Origin: Lachnospiraceae bacterium
Lineage (GTDB): Bacteria; Bacillota; Clostridia; Lachnospirales; Lachnospiraceae
Reading direction: 5' to 3'
Assembly: GCA_017622845.1 (NCBI GenBank)
Contig: JAGAQJ010000002.1
Location: forward strand, 11,830 to 75,829
Length of the DNA stretch: 64,000 nucleotides
Part shown: piece by piece, positions 51,312 through 59,652 of the stretch
How the letters are laid out: every line of letters starts with the position of its first letter
Position numbering within the stretch: position 1 is the first letter of the stretch
Program-made: the position numbers and the translations under genes
The notes under the pieces: generated by a model
Told to the model about the DNA's origin: nothing
What the model saw: the letters and a program-made list of their open reading frames with translations, nothing else
Database searches by the model: none

Positions 51312-52664
51312 ATGTCACTGGCACAAAATATTAAAAAGACGATTAACTACAGCAGGAAAAACGGTTACGGAGAGGCATTTTTTGCAGCATGGGAGCGCGT
51401 AACAGCAAAATATTATGCCGATTACAGCTATCAGGCTCCTGACAAGGCTGTCCTGGAAAAACAAAAAACAGACACCAGCGTATCGGATATTAAGTTTTCC
51501 ATATTAGTGCCCGCCTACGAGACGCAGAAGGTCTATATGGAGGCGCTGATAGAGAGCTGTCTTGCACAGACTTATGCCAACTGGGAGCTGATTATAGCAG
51601 ACGGAAGCGCAAGCAGTATTGTAAAGGAAACCGTGGACCGCTATCAGGACGAGCGAATCCTTTATGCCAGGCTTGCGGGGAATGAAGGCATAGCCGAAAA
51701 TACCAACAAAGCAATCGAGCTTGCCTCGGGAGACTATTTCGGACTGCTTGACCATGATGATATGCTGACAGCGGATGCCCTCTATGAGATGGCACATGCT
51801 GTCTGTGAGAAAAGACCTGTTTTTGCATATTCTGATGAGGACAAATGCGATTCTTCGGGAAAGCGTTTTTATGACCCTCATTTTAAACTGGATTTTAATT
51901 TGGACCTGCTGCTCACAAATAACTACATTTGCCATTTTACGGTCATTCAGGCGGAGGCGCTCAAAAAGCTCAGGATTAGGAGAGAATATGACGGCTCTCA
52001 GGATTATGACCTGATTCTCAGGATTGTGAGCGGTCTGCTTTTAAAGGAGAAGGAGAATAAAGAGGCAAAGCCTGTGGAGGAATCCGTTGTCCATGTGCCG
52101 AAGGTTCTTTATCATTGGCGCTGCCATGAAAATTCCACGGCAGACAATCCGCAGAGCAAGATGTACGCGTATGAGGCAGGAAAGAAGGCGCTGATTGATT
52201 TTGCGGCACGCATGGGCTGGAAGGTTGATGTGCGCCACAACAAGCACCTTGGCTTTTACCGCATCGAGTACAGAAACAATGTGCTGGCGCACAGGCCGGA
52301 TTTGGCAGCAGTCGGCGGCTTTGCGGCAAAGCATGGAAAGGTGGCATCAGGAACATACAAGGGACAGCCGTTGATTTATGCCGGTTATATGAACCGAATG
52401 GACTTGTTTCAGAACACGGAATTTCTGGATATCAGGAATCTGGCAGTCAATAAAGACTGTCAGAGAATTTACGAGGAAGTGACAGGGCATCCATACGAGA
52501 GTACGCTTATCACTGACAATAAGGAACTGCCGCAGTGGATTAAGGATATGGAGAAAACGGCAGAGGGAAGGGAGCAGCTTATAAAGCTGAGCAAAAAGCT
52601 GAGCAAAAGCCTGTTAAAGACTGGCAGGAGGCTCTTGCTTGACCCGGTCTGCGTCAGGAAATAG
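51312..52664 (+). CDS. GT2 glycosyltransferase with a C-terminal extension
   Basis: Blocks are FSILVPAYETQKVYMEALIESCLAQTYANWELIIADGS and GLLDHDDMLTADAL. Its GT2 domain is paralogous to domain 1 of 46614..48620. Confidence 0.8.
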   Translation: MSLAQNIKKTINYSRKNGYGEAFFAAWERVTAKYYADYSYQAPDKAVLEKQKTDTSVSDIKFSILVPAYETQKVYMEALIESCLAQTYANWELIIADGSASSIVKETVDRYQDERILYARLAGNEGIAENTNKAIELASGDYFGLLDHDDMLTADALYEMAHAVCEKRPVFAYSDEDKCDSSGKRFYDPHFKLDFNLDLLLTNNYICHFTVIQAEALKKLRIRREYDGSQDYDLILRIVSGLLLKEKENKEAKPVEESVVHVPKVLYHWRCHENSTADNPQSKMYAYEAGKKALIDFAARMGWKVDVRHNKHLGFYRIEYRNNVLAHRPDLAAVGGFAAKHGKVASGTYKGQPLIYAGYMNRMDLFQNTEFLDIRNLAVNKDCQRIYEEVTGHPYESTLITDNKELPQWIKDMEKTAEGREQLIKLSKKLSKSLLKTGRRLLLDPVCVRK

Positions 52665-52697
52665 TATCAATTTTATCATAGTAAATGAAAGAAAGGC

Positions 52698-53687
52698 ATG
52701 GTCAGCGGTATGGTAAAATCAACCATTGTAATCCCCAACTATAATGGAATCAGGTATATTCAGGCGTGCCTTGAAAGTCTCTATGGGGGGACGACGAAGG
52801 AAATCGAGGTCATTGTGGTGGACAATGCGTCAACGGACGGGAGCATGGAGCTTGTCAGGGATCGATTTCCGCAGGTGCGGCTGATTGTCAATCAGGAGAA
52901 CACAGGCTTTAGCTATGCGGTCAATCAGGGAATACAGGCAAGCACGACGCCCTATGTAATCCTTTTAAACAATGACACGCAGGCGGAGCTGTCTTTTGTG
53001 CATGAGCTTGAGAAGGTGATGGACAATGACAGGGGAAAACGAATCTTTTCTGCCGGCGCTAAGCTTGTATCGCTGTATGATAAGGATAAGACAGATGATG
53101 CAGGAGATTATTACTGTGCGCTGGGCTGGGCTTTTGCAAGGGGAAAAGGAAAGCCTCCTGAGAATTATGATCAAGACTGTGATATATTTGCTTCCTGTGC
53201 AGGAGCAGCGATATACCGCCGGGAACTGCTGGACGAAAATAAGGTAGGATTGTTTGATGTGGAACATTTTGCCTATTTTGAGGACACAGATATCGGCTAT
53301 CGGGCAAAAATTCATGGATATAGAAACCGATTTGTGGCAAACTCTATAGTATACCATGCAGGAAGCGCTGCGAGCGGCTCCCGGTATAATGCCTTTAAGA
53401 CGGCGCTGGCATCAAGAAACAGCATTTATATCATCTATAAAAATATGCCGTTTCTGCAGATGATTATCAACCTGCCGTTTCTGCTTGCGGGATTTTTGAT
53501 AAAAACCCTGTTTTTTATGAAAAAAGGAATGGGAAAGGATTATGTGTCAGGACTGATAAAGGGCATAAAGCTCTCCGCAAGTCCTGCAGGAAGAAGGCAT
53601 AAGCAGAAATTTCATGTAAGGAACATCAAAAACTATATCCTGATACAGCTTTTGCTTTGGAGAAATATGCTGCGGATTCTTGAGTAA
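52698..53687 (+). CDS. GT2 glycosyltransferase (rhamnosyltransferase-like)
   Basis: Blocks are STIVIPNYNGIRYIQACLESL, VIVVDNASTDGS, ENTGFSYAVNQG and ILLNNDTQAE, plus a C-terminal amphipathic/TM region. Confidence 0.8.
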   Translation: MVSGMVKSTIVIPNYNGIRYIQACLESLYGGTTKEIEVIVVDNASTDGSMELVRDRFPQVRLIVNQENTGFSYAVNQGIQASTTPYVILLNNDTQAELSFVHELEKVMDNDRGKRIFSAGAKLVSLYDKDKTDDAGDYYCALGWAFARGKGKPPENYDQDCDIFASCAGAAIYRRELLDENKVGLFDVEHFAYFEDTDIGYRAKIHGYRNRFVANSIVYHAGSAASGSRYNAFKTALASRNSIYIIYKNMPFLQMIINLPFLLAGFLIKTLFFMKKGMGKDYVSGLIKGIKLSASPAGRRHKQKFHVRNIKNYILIQLLLWRNMLRILE

Positions 53688-53697
53688 TGACAATTTC

Positions 53698-53787
53698 GGA
53701 ATGGCATGGTGCGTCTGAACTGAAAATTTAAGTTGTACTTTTTGCTCAAATATTGTAAAATAAAAGATACAGTTCAGTTTTCATTCC
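53698..53787 (+). promoter_or_regulatory. Inverted repeats (GGAATG..CTGAACTG / CAGTTCAG..CATTCC) bracketing a candidate promoter TTGTAC-17 nt-TAAAAT
   Basis: CTGAACTG lies at 53715-53722 and CAGTTCAG at 53770-53777. GGAATG lies at 53698-53703 and CATTCC at 53782-53787. The -35 box is at 53733-53738 and the -10 box at 53756-53761. Confidence 0.4.
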
Positions 53788-53807
53788 ATTGAATAAAGGT
53801 GAGATGA

Positions 53808-55217
53808 TTGATAAGAGATAATCAGAAGTATTTTAACAGACTGCTGGTTTTGCTCGATGCACTGGTCATAGCAGCCTGCTACTGGCTTTCATGGTTTTTG
53901 TGGCTTAGCGGATATGTTAAGCGGACCGAGCCGGGGATAGGTATTCTGCCAATAGAAACCTATTTCGTTGCATTTGCTGCCATTGTACCGGGATATCTGA
54001 TTTTGTATAATACGTTTGATATGTACTCGTCAAAGCGTACTGCGAAGACAGCATATGAGGTCTTTAATATTATCAAGGCGAATACGGTAGGGCTTTTGGC
54101 TGTCATGGTAGTGCTGTTTGCCATCAACATACCGGATTTCTCGCGGGGAATGGTCGGCGTTTTCTATGTGGTCAACATTGCAGCCGAAACATTGATGCGC
54201 AAGACAGTCAGACGCGGTCTGAGGCATATGCGCAAAAAGGGCTATAATATCAAACATATACTGCTGGTGGGCTACTCGCGCACTGCGGAGGAGTACATCA
54301 ATAAGATTAAGGCAAATCCCGAATGGGGATATGAGGTGTGCGGCATTCTTGACGACCATGTTCCGTGCGGAGCAGTTTACAAGGGGGTCAAGGTCATCGG
54401 CGATATCGAAAATCTGCGCATGATCCTGCCGGAGAACAAATTAGATGAAATCGGCATAACACTTTCCCTGTCAGACTATGACAGATTGGAGCAGATAGTC
54501 AATATATGCGAGAAATCAGGTGTGCATACAAAATTCATACCGGATTATAACAGCGTGATTCCAAGCAGGCCGTATCTGGAGGATGTAGACGGGCTTGCCG
54601 TGGTGAATATCAGGAGGGTTCCGCTTACTAACACGGTTAATATGATGATGAAGCGACTGGTGGATATTGTGGGAGCTTTATGCGCCATTATTCTGTTTTC
54701 GCCGGTTATGCTTGCGGCGGCTGTCGGAGTTAAGACGACTAGCAAGGGACCGCTTATTTTTAAGCAGGAAAGAGTCGGGCTTCACAATAAACCGTTTCAA
54801 ATGTACAAATTCCGCAGTATGGAGGTTCAGACGGACGCTGATGAAAAGAAGGGCTGGACAACCAAAAATGATCCGAGAGTGACAAGGATAGGCAGGATAC
54901 TCAGAAAGACAAGTATTGATGAGCTTCCGCAGTTTTTTAATGTATTGAAGGGTGATATGAGTCTGATTGGTCCGCGTCCGGAGAGACCTTTATTTGTTGA
55001 GAAATTTAAAGAGGAAATACCAAGGTATATGATAAAGCATCAGGTGCGGCCCGGAATTACAGGCTGGGCCCAGGTCAATGGTTACAGAGGAGACACCTCC
55101 ATCAGAAAAAGGATTGAGTATGATCTTTATTACATTGAAAACTGGTCGATGGCATTTGACTTTAAAATTTTGTTCCTTACTTTTTTTAAGGGCTTTATCA
55201 ATAAAAATGCCTATTAG
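53808..55217 (+). CDS. Polyprenyl glycosylphosphotransferase #2 (WcaJ/CpsE-like bacterial sugar transferase)
   Basis: The TTG start at 53808 follows AAAGGTGAG. The catalytic domain reads SKGPLIFKQERVGLHNKPFQMYKFRSM...IDELPQFFNVLKGDMSLIGPRPERP. The N-terminus has TM helices and a Rossmann-like linker. Confidence 0.85.
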   Translation: MIRDNQKYFNRLLVLLDALVIAACYWLSWFLWLSGYVKRTEPGIGILPIETYFVAFAAIVPGYLILYNTFDMYSSKRTAKTAYEVFNIIKANTVGLLAVMVVLFAINIPDFSRGMVGVFYVVNIAAETLMRKTVRRGLRHMRKKGYNIKHILLVGYSRTAEEYINKIKANPEWGYEVCGILDDHVPCGAVYKGVKVIGDIENLRMILPENKLDEIGITLSLSDYDRLEQIVNICEKSGVHTKFIPDYNSVIPSRPYLEDVDGLAVVNIRRVPLTNTVNMMMKRLVDIVGALCAIILFSPVMLAAAVGVKTTSKGPLIFKQERVGLHNKPFQMYKFRSMEVQTDADEKKGWTTKNDPRVTRIGRILRKTSIDELPQFFNVLKGDMSLIGPRPERPLFVEKFKEEIPRYMIKHQVRPGITGWAQVNGYRGDTSIRKRIEYDLYYIENWSMAFDFKILFLTFFKGFINKNAY

Positions 55218-55237
55218 AAAATAGGAGAGTAAATGAA

Positions 55238-56758
55238 ATGCAGAATTATAGCGATAATGAGCAAAACAGCAATCAAATAAACAGTCAGAGAAGAAATGTG
55301 AGAAGGGCTTCCGGTACGCCGGACAGCCGGACAGGACGTACCGCACAGGGAGCGCAGACCGGAGCGGCCTCACAGACAAGACGCAGCGGTCAGACCGGAG
55401 CAAACGGACAGGCAAGGCGTACCGCACAGGGAACGCAGGCAGGAGTAAACGGACAGGCAAGACGCAGCGGTCAGACCGGAGCAAACGGACAGACAAGGCA
55501 TACCGCACAGGGAGCGCAGGCAGGAGCAAACGGACAGGCAAGACGTACCGGACAGACAAGGCGTGCGCCGCAGGAGGCGCCGGCCGGACAAAGACCCGGC
55601 AGACAGACGGGCGGCAGACCGCCGAAGAAAAATGCGAAAAAAAATCTGACGCCGAAGCAGGCAGCAAAGAAAAAGAGGAGAAAAATCGTATTGTTTATTG
55701 CCGAGATTTTTCTGCTTCTGATATTGGTGGGAGCATTATGGGCAGTAAATAAAACGCAGAAGATTCAGTATGTCAATATTAAAGACGAAGATGTGGGAAT
55801 CAATGAGCAGGTGAAGGAGTCGATAGAGCAGGGAACCAGCAGCATGCAGGGTTACAAAAACATTGCGCTGTTTGGCGTGGACTCGCGTGATAAGGAGCTG
55901 GAAAAAAGCACACGTACCGATACGATTATGATTGCATCGATTAATCTCGACACAAAGGAAGTCAAGCTGATATCGGTGCTGCGCGATACCTGGCTGAATC
56001 TGAGCACGGATTCCTATAATAAGGCAAATGCCGCGTACGCCAAGGGCGGTCCGAAGCAGGCGATTAGTATGCTCAACATGAATCTTGATTTGGATATCAC
56101 TGATTTTGTGACGGTTGGCTTTGACGGTCTGATTGATGTGATTGATGCGGTCGGCGGCATTGAGATTGATGTCAAGGAATCAGAAATTGTCCACCTGAAC
56201 AGTTATCAGGTTTCTATGGTGGGAGAACCGACTGGAACGCTGAACGATGCAGGCGAGCCGAACTATTATGCGGAACCTTATGTCGAATATACACCGGTGG
56301 AGCGTTCCGGCCTTCAGAAGCTAAACGGCCTTCAGGCGACAGCCTATGCACGTATCCGTTATGTCGGAAATGACTTCGAACGCACCTCAAGGCAGAGAAC
56401 GGTCCTGACACAGGTTGCCAGGAAGGCGATGACCTTAAATCCTGCGACCCTGAATGAGATTGCGGAGGCTGTGTTCCCGGAGATTGCGACTTCTCTGGAC
56501 ATGTCGGAGATTTTGTCTCTGCTTTCAGGCATTGCAAGCTATGAGATCGGTGAGACAGCAAGCTTCCCGTTCGACGGATATGTACAGACCGGGCGCGTGG
56601 GACAGGCAAGTGTGGTCATTCCCGTTGACCTTACGAAAAATGTTTCGGTGCTTCACGAATTTTTGTTTGAGGAGCAGGATTATACACCGTCTGATACGGT
56701 AAAGAAGTGCAGCCAGAAGATATCCTCGGACACAGGCGTGAGCTATAGTGGAGAATAA
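55238..56758 (+). CDS. LytR-CpsA-Psr (LCP) family glycopolymer-peptidoglycan ligase with a long basic repeat-rich cytoplasmic tail
   Basis: The LCP domain reads NIALFGVDSRDKELEKSTRTDTIMIASINLDTKEVKLISVLRDTW...GFDGLIDVIDAVGGIEIDV. The TM helix is IVLFIAEIFLLLILVGALWAV. The N-terminal ~145 aa are R/Q/G/T/A-rich repeats. Confidence 0.85.
   Translation: MQNYSDNEQNSNQINSQRRNVRRASGTPDSRTGRTAQGAQTGAASQTRRSGQTGANGQARRTAQGTQAGVNGQARRSGQTGANGQTRHTAQGAQAGANGQARRTGQTRRAPQEAPAGQRPGRQTGGRPPKKNAKKNLTPKQAAKKKRRKIVLFIAEIFLLLILVGALWAVNKTQKIQYVNIKDEDVGINEQVKESIEQGTSSMQGYKNIALFGVDSRDKELEKSTRTDTIMIASINLDTKEVKLISVLRDTWLNLSTDSYNKANAAYAKGGPKQAISMLNMNLDLDITDFVTVGFDGLIDVIDAVGGIEIDVKESEIVHLNSYQVSMVGEPTGTLNDAGEPNYYAEPYVEYTPVERSGLQKLNGLQATAYARIRYVGNDFERTSRQRTVLTQVARKAMTLNPATLNEIAEAVFPEIATSLDMSEILSLLSGIASYEIGETASFPFDGYVQTGRVGQASVVIPVDLTKNVSVLHEFLFEEQDYTPSDTVKKCSQKISSDTGVSYSGE
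55328..55573 (+). repeat. Tandem 81-nt (27-aa) coding repeats in the LCP tail
   Basis: The full units are 55380-55460 and 55461-55541 (~90% identical), with partial units on both sides. The peptide unit is RRSGQTGANGQARRTAQGxQAGxNGQA. Confidence 0.85.
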
Positions 56759-56770
56759 AGGAACCAATGA

Positions 56771-56796
56771 GGGACCGCAGAACCGGTCCCTTTTTG
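56771..56796 (+). terminator. Rho-independent terminator after the LCP gene
   Basis: GGGACCG-CAGAAC-CGGTCCC is followed by TTTTTG. Confidence 0.7.
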
Positions 56797-56832
56797 CCAT
56801 TGTCAATATATGAAGGATTAAAGGGGAAAAAT

Positions 56833-57765
56833 ATGCAGTATAGTGTAGATGTCATATTGCTGACCTATAAGCCCCAAAAGCAGGTGCTGGAGCTGATTAA
56901 GGCGTTGGAAGGGCAGACCTTGCCCATACAGAAAATTATTATTATGAATACTGAGGAACGGTACTTTGAGGAGCTTTTTTATGGGACATGCTTTCTTGAA
57001 AGGTACAAGAACTTAGAGGTGCATCATCTCTCTGCAAAAGAGTTTGACCATGGCAGGACGAGGGCAAAAGCAGTCCAGTATTCTAAGGCGGATATTTTTG
57101 TGTGTATGACGCAGGATGCGGTTCCGGAGGATTGTCTGTTAATTCAGCGGCTTGTGGAAGCGCTGACGCAAAAAGATGATATCGCAGCCGCCTATGCAAG
57201 GCAGCTTCCGCTGCCGGACTGCCGCGAGATTGAGAAGTATACCAGAAGCTTTAATTATCCGGATCATTCGTCGCTAAAGTCGATTGCAGACATTGACAGA
57301 CTGGGAATCAAGACCTTTTTCTGTTCGAATGTATGTGCGGCTTATAACAGGGAAATTTATGAGTCCCTTGGCGGATTTGTAAAAAAAGCGATTTTTAATG
57401 AAGATATGATTTATGCAGGACATGCGGTTCAGGCAGGATACCGCATCGCATATGCAGCAAAGGCGCTGGTGCGTCATTCACACAACTATACATGTATGCA
57501 GCAGTTTCACAGAAATTTTGATCTGGGTGTTTCGCAGGCTGACCACCCGGAGGTGTTTGATATCGTATCTTCGGAGAGTGAGGGCATGAAGCTTGTCCTG
57601 GATACGGCAAAGCATCTGAGCAAGATAAAAAAGAAAAGGCTGATACCGTATCTGTTCGTGTCAAGCGGCTGCAAATTTGCAGGATATCAGTTGGGAAAGC
57701 ATTATAAAAGCCTTTCCAACGGCATGGTAAGGCGGTGCAGCTCCAACAAGGCATACTGGGATTAA
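56833..57765 (+). CDS. GT2 glycosyltransferase (rhamnosyltransferase-like)
   Basis: The start ATG at 56833 lies downstream of the terminator. Blocks are VDVILLTYKPQKQVLELIKAL, FDHGRTRA, VCMTQDAVP and FCSNVCAAYNREIYESLGGF...FNEDMIYA. Confidence 0.7.
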   Translation: MQYSVDVILLTYKPQKQVLELIKALEGQTLPIQKIIIMNTEERYFEELFYGTCFLERYKNLEVHHLSAKEFDHGRTRAKAVQYSKADIFVCMTQDAVPEDCLLIQRLVEALTQKDDIAAAYARQLPLPDCREIEKYTRSFNYPDHSSLKSIADIDRLGIKTFFCSNVCAAYNREIYESLGGFVKKAIFNEDMIYAGHAVQAGYRIAYAAKALVRHSHNYTCMQQFHRNFDLGVSQADHPEVFDIVSSESEGMKLVLDTAKHLSKIKKKRLIPYLFVSSGCKFAGYQLGKHYKSLSNGMVRRCSSNKAYWD

Positions 57766-57783
57766 GAAAGAGGAGGATTCAAT

Positions 57784-59610
57784 ATGTGCGGAATAGTAGG
57801 CTATATCGGAAAGCATGAAGCGGCGCCTGTTATATTGGAAGGCTTATCCAAGCTCGAGTACCGGGGTTATGATTCGGCAGGAATGGCTGTGTTTGACGGT
57901 GAGAAAATTAAAATAAAGAAGTCCGTAGGAAGGCTCAAGGTGCTTGAGGAGCTTACGCATGGCGGAGAAATCATGCCCGGAAATATCGGAATCGGGCATA
58001 CCAGATGGGCGACACACGGCGCCCCGAGTGACGTTAATTCGCATCCTCATTACAATGCGGAGGAAACGATTGCAGTGGTGCACAACGGCATTATCGAAAA
58101 TTACCTGCCGTTAAAGGAAAAGCTGATTTCAAAGGGCTACCGCTTTGTGTCTGATACGGATACAGAGGTGCTTGCACATCTGATTGATTATTATTATAAG
58201 GGAAATCCGCTGGAGGCAATCACAAAGGTTATGCACCGTGTGCAAGGCTCTTATGCACTGGGCATCTTGTTTGCAGAGCACCCTGACCAGATTTTTGCAG
58301 TCAGAAAGGACAGTCCTCTGATTGTCGGACAGAATGAGGACGGCTGCTTTATCGCATCGGACGTGCCTGCCATCTTAAAGTATACCAGAAAAGTTTACTT
58401 TATCGAAAATCAGGAGGTGGTGCGCCTCCGTGCCGACCATATGCATTTTTATACGGTTGATGAGGAGGAAATCACCAAGGAGCCTGTCACGATTGAGTGG
58501 GATGCCAATGCGGCTGAAAAGGGCGGCTATGAGCATTTCATGCTGAAGGAAATGTATGAGCAGCCAAAAACCGTGACCGATACGCTGATGCCCAGAATCA
58601 AGGATAATGATATTGTGATTGACGAGCTTGGCATGTCTGATGAGGATATCAAAGCAATAAAAAAGATTTTTATTGTGGCGTGCGGCTCCGCATATCACAC
58701 CGGAGTGACAGGTAAATATATTATTGAAGGAATCGCGCGTATTCCTGTGGAGGTTGAGGTGGCAAGCGAATTCCGCTATCGGAATCCGATTCTTGAGGAG
58801 GGCACGATGGTGGTGGTTATCAGCCAGTCCGGCGAGACGGCTGACACGCTTGCGGCGCTCAGGGAGTCACAGAAGCTCGGACATAAGGTGCTTGGCATCG
58901 TCAATGTTGTCGGAAGCTCGATTGCAAGAGAGGCGGACAATGTGATGTATACATGGGCAGGACCCGAGATTGCCGTTGCCACCACAAAGGCATACAGTGC
59001 CCAGTTAATCGCACTATATCTGCTTGCAATGAAATTCGGCAGGGTGCGGGGAAAGCTTGAAGACGCTGCTTTTACGGATATGCTTGAGGATTTGAAGAAG
59101 CTTCCGGGGCAGATAGAGATGCTTCTCTCAAACAAGAAGCGGATACAGCGGTTTGCGAACCGTTATGTGGGTGCAAAGGACGTATTTTTTATCGGCAGAG
59201 GCATTGATTATGCAATCTCCATGGAAGGCTCGCTGAAGCTCAAGGAAATATCTTATATTCATTCAGAAGCATATGCGGCAGGCGAGCTGAAGCATGGAAC
59301 GATTTCGCTGATTGAGAAGGGTACGCTTGTTGCAGCAGTGGCTACACAGGATTTCCTGTTCCAAAAGACACTCAGCAATATGGTTGAAGTCAAGGCAAGA
59401 GGCGCTTTTGTGCTTGCGGTGACCAATGAGGGAAATACGGATATTGAAAAGGCGGCGGATTATGTGATTTATATTCCGAAGACAAACAGGTATTTTACGA
59501 ATTCGCTGGCAATTATACCGCTGCAGCTCTTTGGATATTATGTGGCTGTCGGGAAGGGCTGTGATGTAGACAAGCCAAGAAATCTCGCAAAATCCGTTAC
59601 GGTAGAGTAG
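57784..59610 (+). CDS. glmS: Glutamine--fructose-6-phosphate aminotransferase
   Basis: It has the MCGIVGY N-terminal nucleophile, two SIS domains, and the C-terminal DKPRNLAKSVTVE. Confidence 0.97.
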   Translation: MCGIVGYIGKHEAAPVILEGLSKLEYRGYDSAGMAVFDGEKIKIKKSVGRLKVLEELTHGGEIMPGNIGIGHTRWATHGAPSDVNSHPHYNAEETIAVVHNGIIENYLPLKEKLISKGYRFVSDTDTEVLAHLIDYYYKGNPLEAITKVMHRVQGSYALGILFAEHPDQIFAVRKDSPLIVGQNEDGCFIASDVPAILKYTRKVYFIENQEVVRLRADHMHFYTVDEEEITKEPVTIEWDANAAEKGGYEHFMLKEMYEQPKTVTDTLMPRIKDNDIVIDELGMSDEDIKAIKKIFIVACGSAYHTGVTGKYIIEGIARIPVEVEVASEFRYRNPILEEGTMVVVISQSGETADTLAALRESQKLGHKVLGIVNVVGSSIAREADNVMYTWAGPEIAVATTKAYSAQLIALYLLAMKFGRVRGKLEDAAFTDMLEDLKKLPGQIEMLLSNKKRIQRFANRYVGAKDVFFIGRGIDYAISMEGSLKLKEISYIHSEAYAAGELKHGTISLIEKGTLVAAVATQDFLFQKTLSNMVEVKARGAFVLAVTNEGNTDIEKAADYVIYIPKTNRYFTNSLAIIPLQLFGYYVAVGKGCDVDKPRNLAKSVTVE

Positions 59611-59652
59611 CAGGGGAACAGGATGGAGAGCGTAGAAGGAGGTTGCCGATAA

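Noticed and set aside
55328-55573. Regular tandem repeats that might superficially suggest a CRISPR-like array.
   Set aside because: The units are contiguous with no spacers. They are in frame within a long ORF and are 81 nt long. This is coding minisatellite-type repetition, and no cas genes are present.
54990-55667. A 225-aa minus-strand ORF with repetitive PVR/LLR text, and similar ORFs at 55370-55591 and 25000-25674.
   Set aside because: These are antisense reads of the tandem repeats in the LCP tail and of the lipoprotein linker. The repeats are explained by the + strand genes.
57766-57783. I looked for a glmS ribozyme upstream of glmS.
   Set aside because: Only 18 nt separate glmS from the preceding GT2 gene. 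They consist of an AGAGGAGG RBS. There is no room for the ~170-nt ribozyme.
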